Origin: Octopus bimaculoides
Lineage: Eukaryota
Length of the DNA stretch: 51,029 nt
Assembly (NCBI RefSeq): GCF_001194135.2
Contig: NC_068984.1
Location: forward strand, 94,261,930-94,312,958
Reading direction: 5' to 3'
The notes below the pieces were generated by a model. The model saw only the letters and a program-made list of their open reading frames with translations, searched no databases and was not told the origin of the DNA. A program made the translations under genes and the position numbers. How positions within the stretch are numbered: position 1 is the first letter of the stretch; each line of letters begins with the position of its first letter. Shown here in pieces: positions 11,960-24,427 of this stretch.

Positions 11960-12205
11960 NNNNNNNNNNNNNNNNNNNNNNNNNNNNNNNNNNNNNNNNN
12001 NNNNNNNNNNNNNNNNNNNNNNNNNNNNNNNNNNNNNNNNNNNNNNNNNNNNNNNNNNNNNNNNNNNNNNNNNNNNNNNNNNNNNNNNNNNNNNNNNNNN
12101 NNNNNNNNNNNNNNNNNNNNNNNNNNNNNNNNNNNNNNNNNNNNNNNNNNNNNNNNNNNNNNNNNNNNNNNNNNNNNNNNNNNNNNNNNNNNNNNNNNNN
12201 NNNNN

Positions 12206-12553
12206 NGAGGGTTCCAGTTGATCTGATCAACGGAACAGCCTGCTTGTCAAAATTAACATGCAAGTGGCTGAGCACTCCACAGACACGTGTACCCTTAACA
12301 TAGTTCTCGGGGATATTCAGTGTGACACGGCTGACCCTTTGAATTACAGGCACAACAGAAACAGGAAGTAAGAGTGAGAGAAAGTTGTGGTGAAAGAGTA
12401 CAGCAGGGTTCGCCACCATCCCCTGCCGGAGCCTCATGGAACTTTAGGTGTTTTCGCTCAATAAACACTCACAACACCCGGTGTGGGAATCGAAACTGCG
12501 ATCCTATGACCGCGAGTCCGCTGCCCTAACCACTGGACCATTGCACCTCCACA
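12206..12553 (-). mobile_element. tRNA-derived SINE
   Basis: Minus strand 5' head gtggaggtgcaatggtccagtggttagggcagcggactcgcggtcataggatcgcagtttcgattccc contains Pol III A and B boxes. Confidence 0.85.
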
Positions 12554-13017
12554 TTTATACGTATAAATGTCTAAATATATATGTATTCATGCAGACACCT
12601 ATGTATATATGAGGATGAAGTTGCATGCACATTTGCATATATATACACGTGTGCATGTGCATGAGGATATGTGCGTATGTATGAGTACGCACATGCACAT
12701 ATGTTTGTGTGTGTATGTGCATGTACATATACATGTTTGTGTGAGTGTGTACATATGTAGACATTATGAACGCAGGAGGTTTTATGTCTATGCATTGTGA
12801 GAATATGGTTACGCATATTTTTTTAATCTTTTTTCTTTTTTTCTATCTATTAGAGTAACTTCCATTTTATTCAACGGTTTTTCATAGCATCTATTGCCAT
12901 TAATAGCCAATGAGAATGTATCATAGCTCTTCACTCTGACATTCAAAACTCAGACAGCTATAACGACAACTTACTGTTTGTCCTAAATTACACACACACA
13001 CACACACATATATATAT

Positions 13018-13715
13018 GAATGTGAGGTGGTGAGGCAAGACCTTAGAACATTGGGCCTCACCGAGGCGATGACTTCTGACTGAGACCTTTGGAAATATGC
13101 TGTGCGTGAGAAGACCAGGGAGGCCAAGTGAGACCTAAACCCAAGGCCTCTGCCAGGGGTGTAGCCAGCCCACTTATGCATACCTTTCCTTCATTGGACA
13201 CTAAACTCCGCTTGCGAAGACCTGTTGAGGCAAGTGAAATCGAAATCGAACTAAATTCGACGACTGGCACCCATGCCGACGTCATCTCCTTCATTGGACA
13301 CGAAACTCAGCTTGCGAAGACTTATTGGGGCAAGCAAAAGCAAAATCGGGATGGCACCTGTGCCCAGCGTCGCCTTTCTGGCACTTGTGCCCGCAGCATG
13401 TGTAAGGACATTCAAACGAGATCGTTGCCAGTGCCCCTGGACTGGATCTTATGCGGGTGGCACATAAAATACACCATTTTGAGCGTGGCCGTTGCCAGTA
13501 TCGCCTGACTGGTCTTCGTGCGGGTGACATGTAAAAGCACCTACTACACTCTCAGAGTGGTTGGCGTTAGGAAGGGCATCCAGCTGTAGAAACTCTGCCA
13601 AATCAGATTGGAGCCTGGTGTAGCCTTCGGGCACCACCAGTCCTCAGTCAAATCGTGCAACCCATGCTAGCATGGAAAGTGGACGTTAAACGATGATGAT
13701 GATGATGATGATGAT
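13018..13715 (+). mobile_element. 5'-truncated RTE LINE
   Basis: ORF2 C-terminus EVVRQDLRTLGLTEAMTSD, 3' UTR, and (GAT)n tail at 13692-13715. Confidence 0.85.
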
Positions 13716-13723
13716 ATGTACTG

Positions 13724-13765
<42 letters not shown>

Positions 13766-14134
13766 TTCACATACATACACACATATATCATATACACACA
13801 CAAACACACACACATACATATAAATATATATACATATCCACACACATATTATACTCTGTTTTAAATAAACTGAAAGGCAGCCTGTCCTTAACACGGCTGT
13901 TTAGTATACAAGAAATAGCAGTAATTAAACAGCCACTATTCTGGTCACTTAACATGCTGCAAAGGGGAAAAAAGTTCTCAGCAGTATATTAGGAGGCAAG
14001 ATTAGTTGATAGCACCTGAAAACAAAACAAGGGGAAAAAATAACTCCAAGGTGGTGGGGAGGGAATTTCCGAGGTGCAGTTTGACTGGGAACCTGGGGCT
14101 CACCAAAATTGTTTCCAATCGGGCCCCACACCTT

Positions 14135-15968
14135 CTAATGCTGGCCCTGCACACTCCAATCCTGCTTAAGATGCCTCTGAGATTTGTTGAAGCTTCAAAT
14201 GCCTCTGAGTACAGTATAGGAGCAGTAATGCTACATGAATATAAATATGATAATATGTAGGTGATAGTTCATGCTTCATGTTCTCTGATATCAACAGAAA
14301 AAAATTACAACCAAATCGAAAAAGATGTTCTAGCAATTATTTTTGCTGTAAAAAACTTTTATACATTTTTACACGGTAGGATTTTCTGACTACAGAGTGA
14401 TCATCATCCATTATTATTGATATATGGGTCAAAAGAAAGGAATCCTTACCCATACTACTACCATCTAAGAAATTAGGACACACTGATTGTTTATTAAGAC
14501 TGATTTCAAAACATACTGAAGCATTTGAAGATACCATGTTTGTTGCAATGCAAGCAGAAAATGAAATTCAAAACATTTTGTGTAACGTCATACGATAACT
14601 GCCAGTCACATTACAAGACATAAAATTAAAATCGGAAAATAATAAATTCATTAAAAAAAATTAAAGAAATACAGACAGCTAAAAGGGATAAAATTATGTG
14701 CAACACAAATGTGAATCCATTCTCAATGTGTGACAATGTGTTGATGTACACACAAAGAGTCATAGTGCCAGCCACACTACAGAACTGATTTCACATTGGT
14801 CACCCAAGAATTTCAAGAATGAAATCATTAATGGAAAGTTATGTATACTGGCCAACAATGGACTGTGATGTTGAAGAACTAGTTAAAGCATGCAGAGGGC
14901 ATGCCCTAGCTGCAAAAGCACCTACCACTAAATGGCAACCATCATCAAAAACAGATATTCCTTGGTCCAGACTGCATGTTGATTATGCAGGTCCACTTAA
15001 GGGTTCATATTACCTTGTTGTAGTGGACAGTTTTTTCAAAGTGGTCTGAAGTGCGTAAGTATAAAAAGCTAACATCTGTGGTTACAGTAAGTTTTTACAT
15101 GAATTGCTTGCCAGATATGGTATACCAGATACCACTGTGTCTGATAATGAAACTCAATTTACTTCAGACAAGCAGAGCATTTTATTGACACTTTCAAGAA
15201 GGCATGAAAAAAGGTGAACAAAGAAGTAATGGATGACCTCGCACTTCAACAATTTCTAATAGTGTACCGAGTAACATCTAATCCAAATACCCTATCTGGA
15301 ATGTCACCCACAAAATTGATATTTGCTAGAAAGGTCAGATCCGTCTTTGATAAGCTGATACCAAGTGAAAATAGAAAAAAGGCAAACAACAAAAATACTT
15401 CAAAATTCTTCAAGTTCGGTGACAATGTTTTTTTTTTTAAACCTATAGATACAGTAAAGAAAGCTGGGAGGACAGTGTAATTATCAAACAAATTGGAAGA
15501 ATGTTATTCCTGGAAAAAGGTAGAAATGTCAAACATAAAAGACATAGTAACCAACTCAAAAAAAGATTCACAGAAAAAACAGTCATGAGAAATGAAATCC
15601 CCATAGTACCAACACCCAAACAATTTGAAACTACACATTCTAGCACTAGAAATGGAAAAGAAAGGAATCAGTAGAATTGAACCCTAAGTGTAAGAGATAT
15701 TAAAACTCTGAACAAAGTTTAATTCTCAAAAGGGGAAACGTTGGGGGAGATTAATTCTAAAAAGAGATGTTGTGGAAGGATTCTGACCACCCCCAAGTGA
15801 CTAAAAGTGGACTGACACATTGCTATAATATAAAGAACTGTGAGCAATTGATTGGGAAGTTCACTGTGAGCTGTTAGGAGAAAGGGTTTAACCTCGTGTA
15901 ACAGTAAGTGTATTGTGTCATGTAAATACTTTCTTTCGCCACTGCTTCGTAAAATTATATATCCAACA
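14135..15968 (+). mobile_element. Partial Gypsy LTR retrotransposon (RNase H-integrase, PPT, 3' LTR), decayed
   Basis: ASNASEYSIGAV (RNase H start); YVYWPTM...PWSRLHVDYAGP...VVVDSF (integrase); PPT ctcaaaaggggaaa; candidate LTR starting at 15739 or 15768 and ending ...tccaaca at 15968. Confidence 0.85.
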
Positions 15969-18399
15969 CCAGGATATAAAAGATTTAGAGCAACAGAAAT
16001 TTTGAAACTGAAGAAACATTGAAAGGTATGGTTAGATATACTTTCTCTCAATTTCTTTACATTTGGTCCCAGTATAAAGTACATGGCAGTAGGAATGAAA
16101 ACATGAAATGTAGACCAAAGTGTTTCAATGCAGAATGTAAGTCTAAAAAAGAATATTGTAGTGGAGAGATTTTTGTGCTGTAAGATGAAATAAAGACTAA
16201 TTTTTCCAACAGTACCCTTCCTCATATTATTAAAATATGGATTCAAAACACACTAGCAATAATTCAGTGTTCCAAAACAGCATGTGTTTACTTTCAGATG
16301 TTCATAATTCACAAGTTCAAATGAAAGTATTTCAGAGAAAGAAAGTAAACAATTTTCCATTACAGCATTTCTAAGGAATAGAGTTTGGGTTAAATGTGTT
16401 CCATATGCTTCTGAAATAATCTTCTTTCCTTTTGGGTCATCCTTTCAGTGTGATTGGAAAATGTTTCTGACATAAAAGAACAGAAATCAACATACATGGC
16501 AAAATTGAAATACAGTAAATGGATATTTTGTTTAACTGTGTTGTGCAAGCTGAAATAAGAGCAAAGACTATTTCTGATCTGATTGAAGAGAGTGCTTAGA
16601 GTTCTACGTGTTATGACTAATGCATGGTTAAGATGCTTTGCTTTCATTGGTTTAGTTCAATAAACTGGTGAAAAACAATTAACAACCAGGTTGCATGAGG
16701 ATTGTTACAGAATTACTGTCATTTTAAATCTTGCAAATGTATACCATCTTTATCCTGCCAATTCTAATGACTATCCATTTATGAAAAGGTAAATGAAATA
16801 AAGTTAAAATACTACAAAGAACAGAGGACAAAGTGTAATTTCTTTAACATAGTTCAGTGGATGACCTCTTATTTTGAACTTCTTTCACAAAAAAAGATAA
16901 TTTGTCAGAATTTACCCAAAACACTCACATGGCACAACACAAGATCTACAAATAGCAAAAAAAAAAAAGAAAAAAAAAGAGGGGGTGTAAGGTTAAATAA
17001 AGACTAAGAGAAGTAAAAAATCAGCAACTCTTTTACAGTATGTAAAAACATTTCTCAATTAATTGATCAGGCTTGAGTTTGACTATGCTTTGTAGACAAC
17101 ATCAAATAATAGTGAAACATGCCTGTAGATGCAACTTGCTTCTTGGCATAGATAAGATTTTCTCCTAAGTATATAGATTAATTTTGTGAAAATAACTTGT
17201 AATTTCTGAAAATTATCTCCCTGCTTAAGACCTGCTAACGATTATTCCCAAGTTTTTGTTTTCTTTTGAAATGGACATTTCAGTTAATTGAAAATGTTTT
17301 TATGTCATTTAGTAAGTCTACTCACTTAACTCATTTCAATACATGCAACTGGACCATTCATTTAACTCATTTCATTTATTTGATTTTAAATTACTCTAAT
17401 TACTATAGCCTAAAATCTTTGTAACTCTATTTTCATATGTAAACATACTGCCAACTGATCAAATCAAACTCAACTAAATGCTATTATGCTGACAAGGTCC
17501 AATAAAATAGAAATGTGACTATGGCTATCCTCTTTCCAGCTGACAAAGATCAGGTTTTCCTCTAAGTATGTAAATAAATTTTATGAAATTAATTCTTGAT
17601 GTTATGGAGCTATCTTCTTTTCTTTGAGAGTCATTAACAATTCTCACTAGATTTTTGTTTTCTTTCCTTTTGAGGGAAACTTCAATGAAGAATTTTTGCA
17701 TTTCATTTAATACATGACCCCTTAATTATTTAAATTCATACCAGTAGCTCAACGGAGTCATTTCCTTTATCTCAGCCTATTTTTTAATTAAATGATGGGA
17801 AGAGAATTCTGAGATGATTCACAAGAAATCTGGTAGTGGGGGATGGGAGGGATATCTTGTAAAGCAAATGAGTTAAGGTCAGGAGAAAACGAGAAAAAAT
17901 TGATGACAGAGGTTGACAAACTGTATACATGATCCAGCCATACAAACAATGCCTCAAATACCTGTCCAATTTATATCAGCTTATACCTTATCACCACTAT
18001 TTTTATCTCTCCTCCACTCCACTCCACTCCACTCCAATCAACCTGCACCCTCTCTTCTAAAACATGAGTAGCCTTGAAACACCCCTATGACAAGGAATCT
18101 CTTCTGCTCTGGGCCCTTCTCTTGTACTTTAATCCCTCATTTGTTTGCATAAAGCAGCCTCTTTCTAGAAACAGCATAGTAACCTCACTAGGTGGTATGA
18201 AAAAAAGCACCCAATACATGCAGTAAAGTTGTTGACATTAAGAAGGACATCCAGTGATAGAAACTATGTCAAAGTAGAAAATGAAGCACAATGCTGATCT
18301 CTGATCTGTCAGGTATCATCATCATCACCATTTAACATTCAATGTTCCAACAGAGTTGACAAGTCAAAGATGGGGGAAAAAACGGTAACCTTATCTCTG

Positions 18400-18780
18400 A
18401 GCATTTAGTGTTAAGAGTGCTGAGGCTCTGTCAATAACCTGAGCTTGATGAAGTGCAATGTTGATTAGTGATTCAGGATAACCTGCCCCCATTCACCCAT
18501 GTGTAAAAGACTTGGTACATAGTTTTCAAATTTGGAGAGGAAATCTAAATTGTTGCTGCATCCTGGGAAAATTTGAACCTTTGCTGATACAATTCTAAGA
18601 ATAGAATGTTTTAATGTGAGATGAAAAGTCAAGGTAGAGGTGTGAGCTTGTGGATTTATAATGCACTAAAGTAGAAATATAAGGGCTATCTACATGAGAA
18701 AAGATGTTGAGGAGAGTGACAAAAGTGTTGGAGACGACAGAAATAATTCTAGAGTAGGGTGAAGGTGAGAACATAGGAAT
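18400..18780 (-). mobile_element. Old Penelope-like RT C-terminal fragment
   Basis: TFVTLLNI...ISTLVHYKSTSSHLYLDFSSH matches the Penelope RT thumb pattern. Confidence 0.7.
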
Positions 18781-20745
18781 CATCATCATCGTTTAATCAT
18801 CGTTGGATGATTTGACTGAGGACTGGTGAAACAGATGGCTACATCAGGCTCCAATCTGATTTGGCAGAGTTTCTACAGCTGGATGCCTTTCCTAATGCCA
18901 AGCACTCCGAGAATGTAGTGGGTGCTTTTACGTGCCACCAGCACAAAGGCCAGTCAGGCGGTACTGGCAACGGCCACGCTCCAAATGGTGTATTTTACGG
19001 GCCACCTGCACAGGAGCCAGTCCAACGGCACTGGCAACGACCTCACTTGAATGTCTTTTCACGTGTCACTGGCACAAGTGCAAGGAAGCGACGCTGGTAA
19101 CGATCATGCTCAAACGGTGCTATTTACGTGCCACTGGCATGGAAGCCAGACAGCTGCTCTGGCAATGATCACACTCGGACGGTACTCTTAGTGTTCTACT
19201 GGTACAGGTGCCATCACGATTTCGCTTTCACTTGCCCCAACAGGTCTTCGCAAGTGGAGTTTAGTGTCCAATGAAGGAAAGGTACACATAAGTGGGCTGG
19301 CTACACCCCTGGCAGAGGCCTTGGATTATGGTCTCACGTGGCTCGCCGGGTCTTCTTATGCACAGCATATTTCCAAAGGTTTCAGTCAGAAGTCATTGCC
19401 TCAGTGAGGCCTAATGTTCGGAGGTTGTGCTTCCTCACCTCATCCCAGGTCTTCCTGGGTCTACCTCTTCCACAGGTTCCCTCAACTGCTAGGGTGTGGC
19501 ACTTTTTCACACAGCTATCCTCATCGATTCTTGCCACATGACCATCCAGCGCAATCATCTCTCTTGCACACCACAACTGATGCTTCTTAGGTTCAACTTT
19601 TCTCTCGAGGTATTTACACTCTGTCAAGTATGCACACTGACATTACATATCCATCGCAGCATACTGGATTCATTCCTTGCGAGCTTACGCATGTCCTCAG
19701 CAGTCACGGCCCATGTTTCACTGCCATGTAGCATGGCTGTTCGTACACATGCATCATACAGTCTGCCTTTTACTCTGAGTGAAAGGCCCTTTGTCACCAG
19801 CAGAGGTAAAAGCTCTCTGAACTTTGCCCAGGCTATTCTTATTCTAGCAGCTACACTTTCAGCGCACCATCCCCCACTACTAACTTGGTCACCTATGTAG
19901 CGGAAGCTATCAACTACGTCTAGTTTTTCTCCCTGAAATGTGGCAGAAGTTGTTCTCTGCACATTTTCCGTATTTATTGCTCCTGAACATCTACCACATA
20001 CAAAAACTAACTACCTTCCTACTTATTAGGACTTTGGTTTTAGCTAGGTAGACTCTAAGGCCCTTTGATTCTAGTCCTTGCTTCCACACCTGACATCGTC
20101 TCTGTACATGGCTCACACAGCTCTTACTAACCATTCATCTACCCCTAGTTTCCTCATTGACCACCAGATAAGGGATCGGGGACCCTGTCAAAGGTTTTCT
20201 CCATGTCAACGAAAGCCAGGTACAGAGGTTTATCTTTGGCTAGGTATTTCTCCTGCAGCTGTCTTACCAGAAATATAGCATCAGTGGTGCTTTTCCCTGG
20301 CACGAACCCAAACTGCATCTCATCTAAACTGACTTTCTCCCTAATTAGTTGGGCTATGGCCCTCTCTGTGACTTTCATTACCTGATCTGACAACTTGATA
20401 CCTCTGTAAATATTTGTATCTAANNNNNNNNNNATATTTTGAGCATCTCTGCAGTGATTCCTGATGGTCCAGGGGCTTTCCCTGTCTTCATACTCTCTTA
20501 ATTGCTTTATCTACCATGGTACTGTCAACTCAGATAGCTGGTCCGTCTGTTGGGTCGACATTCGGCAGACTCTCTTTCTCCCATTCATTCTCTTTATTGA
20601 GCAACCTTTCATAGTGTCGTCTCCAAACCTCTTTCTTTGCAGCCTCGTTTAGTGCAAGTGTACCATCATCCATGCGAACACATTTCTCTCCCATGACATC
20701 ACGATTCTCTCTCACACACTGTCTTGCAACACGAAATACCTCAAG
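18781..20745 (-). mobile_element. RTE LINE, 5'-truncated, with internal deletions
   Basis: DEMQFGFVPGKSTTDAIF...FVDMEKTFDRVP; KGRLYDACVRTAMLHGSETW; GRGRPRKTW; (cat)n tail at 18781. The YADD segment is missing. Confidence 0.95.
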
Positions 20746-20776
20746 TGCCAATATAATTGTCATATACCAGGACTCA

Positions 20777-21300
20777 TTAAGATGGTTGGCTGATGTAAAT
20801 TATTGGAAAGCAGGAACAATTTGGAGTGAAGATGAGTTCAATGAAGCAGAGAAGGGTGTTATTGATAGGTTCATGTGAGGGGTAGAGGTTGAAATGTTTA
20901 AGGACTAAGAACCTATTTTTGTGGGGTGTGATGGTGTAAATAAGGGATTTTATATCCATAGTAAATAAGAGTTGGAAGGAACAAGGAGGGAAAAAAAAGA
21001 GTTCAGGAAGTTAAAGGTTTGTAGTATTGATATGAGAGAGCAGGGTATTGACAAAGCTAAAATGATTTTATCAAAGTAGCTGGAGAGGATTTCAGTAAGA
21101 CAGGTACAGGCAAAGACAATAAACCAAACAGAGTTTTGGAGTTTATGAAGTTCAGAAAGGAAATAGATAGTAAAGTTTCCAGATATTTTTATGATAAGGT
21201 TAGTGGAAGTGGGAGATGTGGAATGAAAGGGTACAGGAGTGTGTAGATTCTGGGCAGCTTATAGTAAAAGTTGGTATTATTGAGCTTCCTCTTGGTAGAC
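20777..21300 (-). mobile_element. Old Penelope-like RT N-terminal fragment
   Basis: IVFACTCLTEILSSYFDKII and MDIKSLIYTITPH...TLLCFIELIFTPN resemble Penelope RT motifs. Confidence 0.7.
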
Positions 21301-21709
21301 ATCAACCAGCCTAAACAAAAGCAGTACTGCCTGGTTCTCTCATGATATCACTTCAACTTCAAAGTAAATAGTATATTGACTCAGCAGTAGTGATTGACAA
21401 CTACTACTGTTTTTTTATACCAATTAGCATATTTGTAGCTATATTTGTTTATTGCATGCCACTGGTTAGCAAGATTGAGTCACAATTAATGGCCAATATG
21501 GAGCAATCTCTCTTTGTCTGAACAATTTATGTAACATTCCATCATGAAGGTGATTTATAGAGTGAGCTTTTAACTGAGCATTTATTCAGTAATGGTACTA
21601 GGCACCACATAATCAGTGATCTCAAATGAGTAATTTTACAGGTAGCTACACTCTGCATGCTGAATGGGACTCCCTCAAAAAAAAAAAAAATGATGATGAT
21701 GATTACTGG

Positions 21710-22070
21710 CTTAAATACAAAATCAGCAGTTTTGAGGTAGGGGACAAGTCAATACCATCAACCCTGGTATTTCATTTCATTAACCTCAGATGGATGAAAA
21801 GCTAGGTTGACATCAGTGGGATTTGAGCTCAAAATATAAAGAACCAGAACAAATGACACAAGGTATGTTGTTCAATGCTCTAATGAATCTGCCAGCTTGC
21901 TGCCATAATAGTTTCTAACTTAGGTACAAGGCCTGCAATTTTCAGAGGAAGGGGTTAGTCAAGGACATTTATTTTATTGACTCAGAATGGATGAAAGACA
22001 AAGTTGAAACCAGAACATAAAGAGTCAGAACAAAAACCAAAAAAATTTCTGACACTCTAACCACTATTTT
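21710..22070 (-). mobile_element. Two degenerate SINE copies in tandem
   Basis: ggatgaaaagctaggttgac and ggatgaaagacaaagttg are reverse-complement matches to the 29075 SINE body. Confidence 0.55.
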
Positions 22071-24210
22071 CATTTCATGCACTGATATTTTTCATGCATG
22101 AGTGTAAATGTTCCACACAAATCTTGTACTTCTATTCAATTCTTGTATTAAATATATTAATAATAACAACCTACCTTTGGCCTGCAATAGGATCTTGGTC
22201 AATGAACAAAAGATAATACTATAGCACACTTGTCAATTTGGGAAATAAATGCTTAATTTCTATGTTGGGTAGGACATGTCACACAAATGAACAGTTGTCA
22301 AAGAATAGCTCCTATATCAGGCCACAAATCAATATGGTTGACTAAGGTTGTGCCTCACATTTTAATATAACTGCTATTACTAACAATATCTGGCTGTTGA
22401 AAGGAAAATTTTGAGACGATTAACAAGGATAAAACATTGTCACTAAGTACTTATAAATATGAAGTTGAGCCAAAGGATGTCAAGATCATCATCGTTTCCT
22501 AACTACAGAGATCAAGATAATGTTCAAAACATTTTAAACTAGAAAATGCTAAAAAAATTTTAAGACAGAACATGTGAAAACTAATAATTATAAAAGCAAC
22601 TCAATAATTTCTTTTATTTTTAAAGCACTCCAAAAGATTACTAATCTCATGTTGAGACTTGAATTTCAACTACACAATCCCATCAAACCTTGATGGCTCA
22701 TTTGGTAAGCTTTCCTATCTCCTACTTTTAGTAGTGCTTTCAAGATAAGAAAACTTTTAAGCAATTAATCCTTTTGTTACCATATTTCTGTTGAAATATA
22801 CTGCCTTTGTTTCAATTAATTTTTAAAATAATGAAAAATGTAAAAAAGTATTTGTCATTATTAACTTAGTACAACATTTTGATGGAATGTTTTAATTCAA
22901 ATCATTTTAAAACAAGAAGTTTGTATCATAGAATCAAGGGCAGTCTCAGGTGGGTTGGTTTAAAAAATGGCTAAAAAAAAACCTTACACAGGTATAGCTT
23001 ACACAGATTTGTAATGATGTATTAAATCATCTTATATCCAGAAGAGTGTTTGAAAGATAACAGAGTAGGAGTAGCCACCATTTTACATCATATGCACCAA
23101 ATGTTTCATTCATGAGTGCAAATGTTAAATACAAATCTTGTACCTTCATTCAATTCTTGAATAAAATATGTTAATGTTGATATATTTAGCATTTTTACTT
23201 AGCAAGTAGCTGAGTTGACAGAGTGCCAAGCTTTCAGCTTATTTCTTCCTCACTGTTATGCTTAACTCTTAGAGATGTTAATCTATCTAACTGTACACTG
23301 ATGCCACAGGAGAATATAGTTCATTAAGCAATGGCAACAAAGTTAAAATGAATAAATGTTTCCTTCCATAGCTATAGCTTGGGAATATATATGTAGGATA
23401 AACTGAGACACCATCCATATAATACACACACAAAGACATTCTTCTGTGGTACTCCAATGACTTTTAACCTACAGTGCTCACTAAAGATATTCAACTAAAA
23501 AAGAACAATATATACATTAGATGAAGCTGAGAAGAATGAATATAAATTAATTTTCAAAGTAAGCCATATTTGCTAAGCTTGCCAGAATACTATATTCATT
23601 ATTTACTACATTTTACATGAAAAAAATATATAGGATTGACTTTAATATTAACTGAAAACTTTTTAATTGAATTTTTTTCATGGCCATTTAGATTATCCTA
23701 GTTTGAAGATAATCAAATAGAGGAGGTTATTGTGATGAGTAGCAATGGAGTTCCAAAAGGAGTACAAGAAGCTATATCATAAAAGTTTACACAAGGTGGC
23801 ATGGAGCTGGTGAGTGCAAATGAATAGGGATTACTGTAGTAGAAGAAACAGGAAGAAACAACTTGTGAGTAGCCAAATCATTTGAGGTAGCACAGGGTTG
23901 GTAAGGCCAAGAAACAAAGAGATATTTAAAATTTTCTTAATACTCAGATGTCCATTTCTTGGATATTATATAAGATGTGTGTGAGAGAGTGGGAGGAGGG
24001 AGTAGCATTTCAGTATACATGCACACTAAGTAAAGGTTAGCAGCTCTTCAGAAGCAAAGGAATGAAGGTGTAACAGGGATTTGACATTAAGTTTACTTTA
24101 TCTAAATTAAAAGTTAATGCCTCAAATTTTGTTTGTAGTGTGAATATTTTACTTTTTTGTCATATGTACACATTAAGGCACTACAAAATTCAAAAATATG
24201 TCTATACTAT

Positions 24211-24427
24211 TGTTATATTACACATTTGGATGGCATGCCATCACCAATAACATATCTCTACTCAACTACCGAACTCTCACTTCCGACAACTCAACTCAAC
24301 AGAACTCGACGTCTAGTCTACTCACGACTCCGGCTCACTCTACGCGACGCTTCCCATCTAGCTATCATGTTTACTATTTATACATATTGGACTAGCCTAC
24401 TTATCGTCTGGGGGCGTCCACACAGCA
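24211..24427 (-). repeat. 3' LTR of the Gypsy element
   Basis: tgttatatt...cacagca, directly next to the PPT. Confidence 0.95.

Noticed and set aside
7089-12437. Long ORFs in the track (7089-7557, 9669-10703, 9797-10630, 11924-12437)
   Set aside because: They are open only because they run through N gaps.
16000-24200. Several isolated AG...GT micro-exon candidates (for example near 16300, 17520, 22660, 23520)
   Set aside because: Signals this weak are expected by chance in AT-rich DNA, and no consistent reading frame links them.
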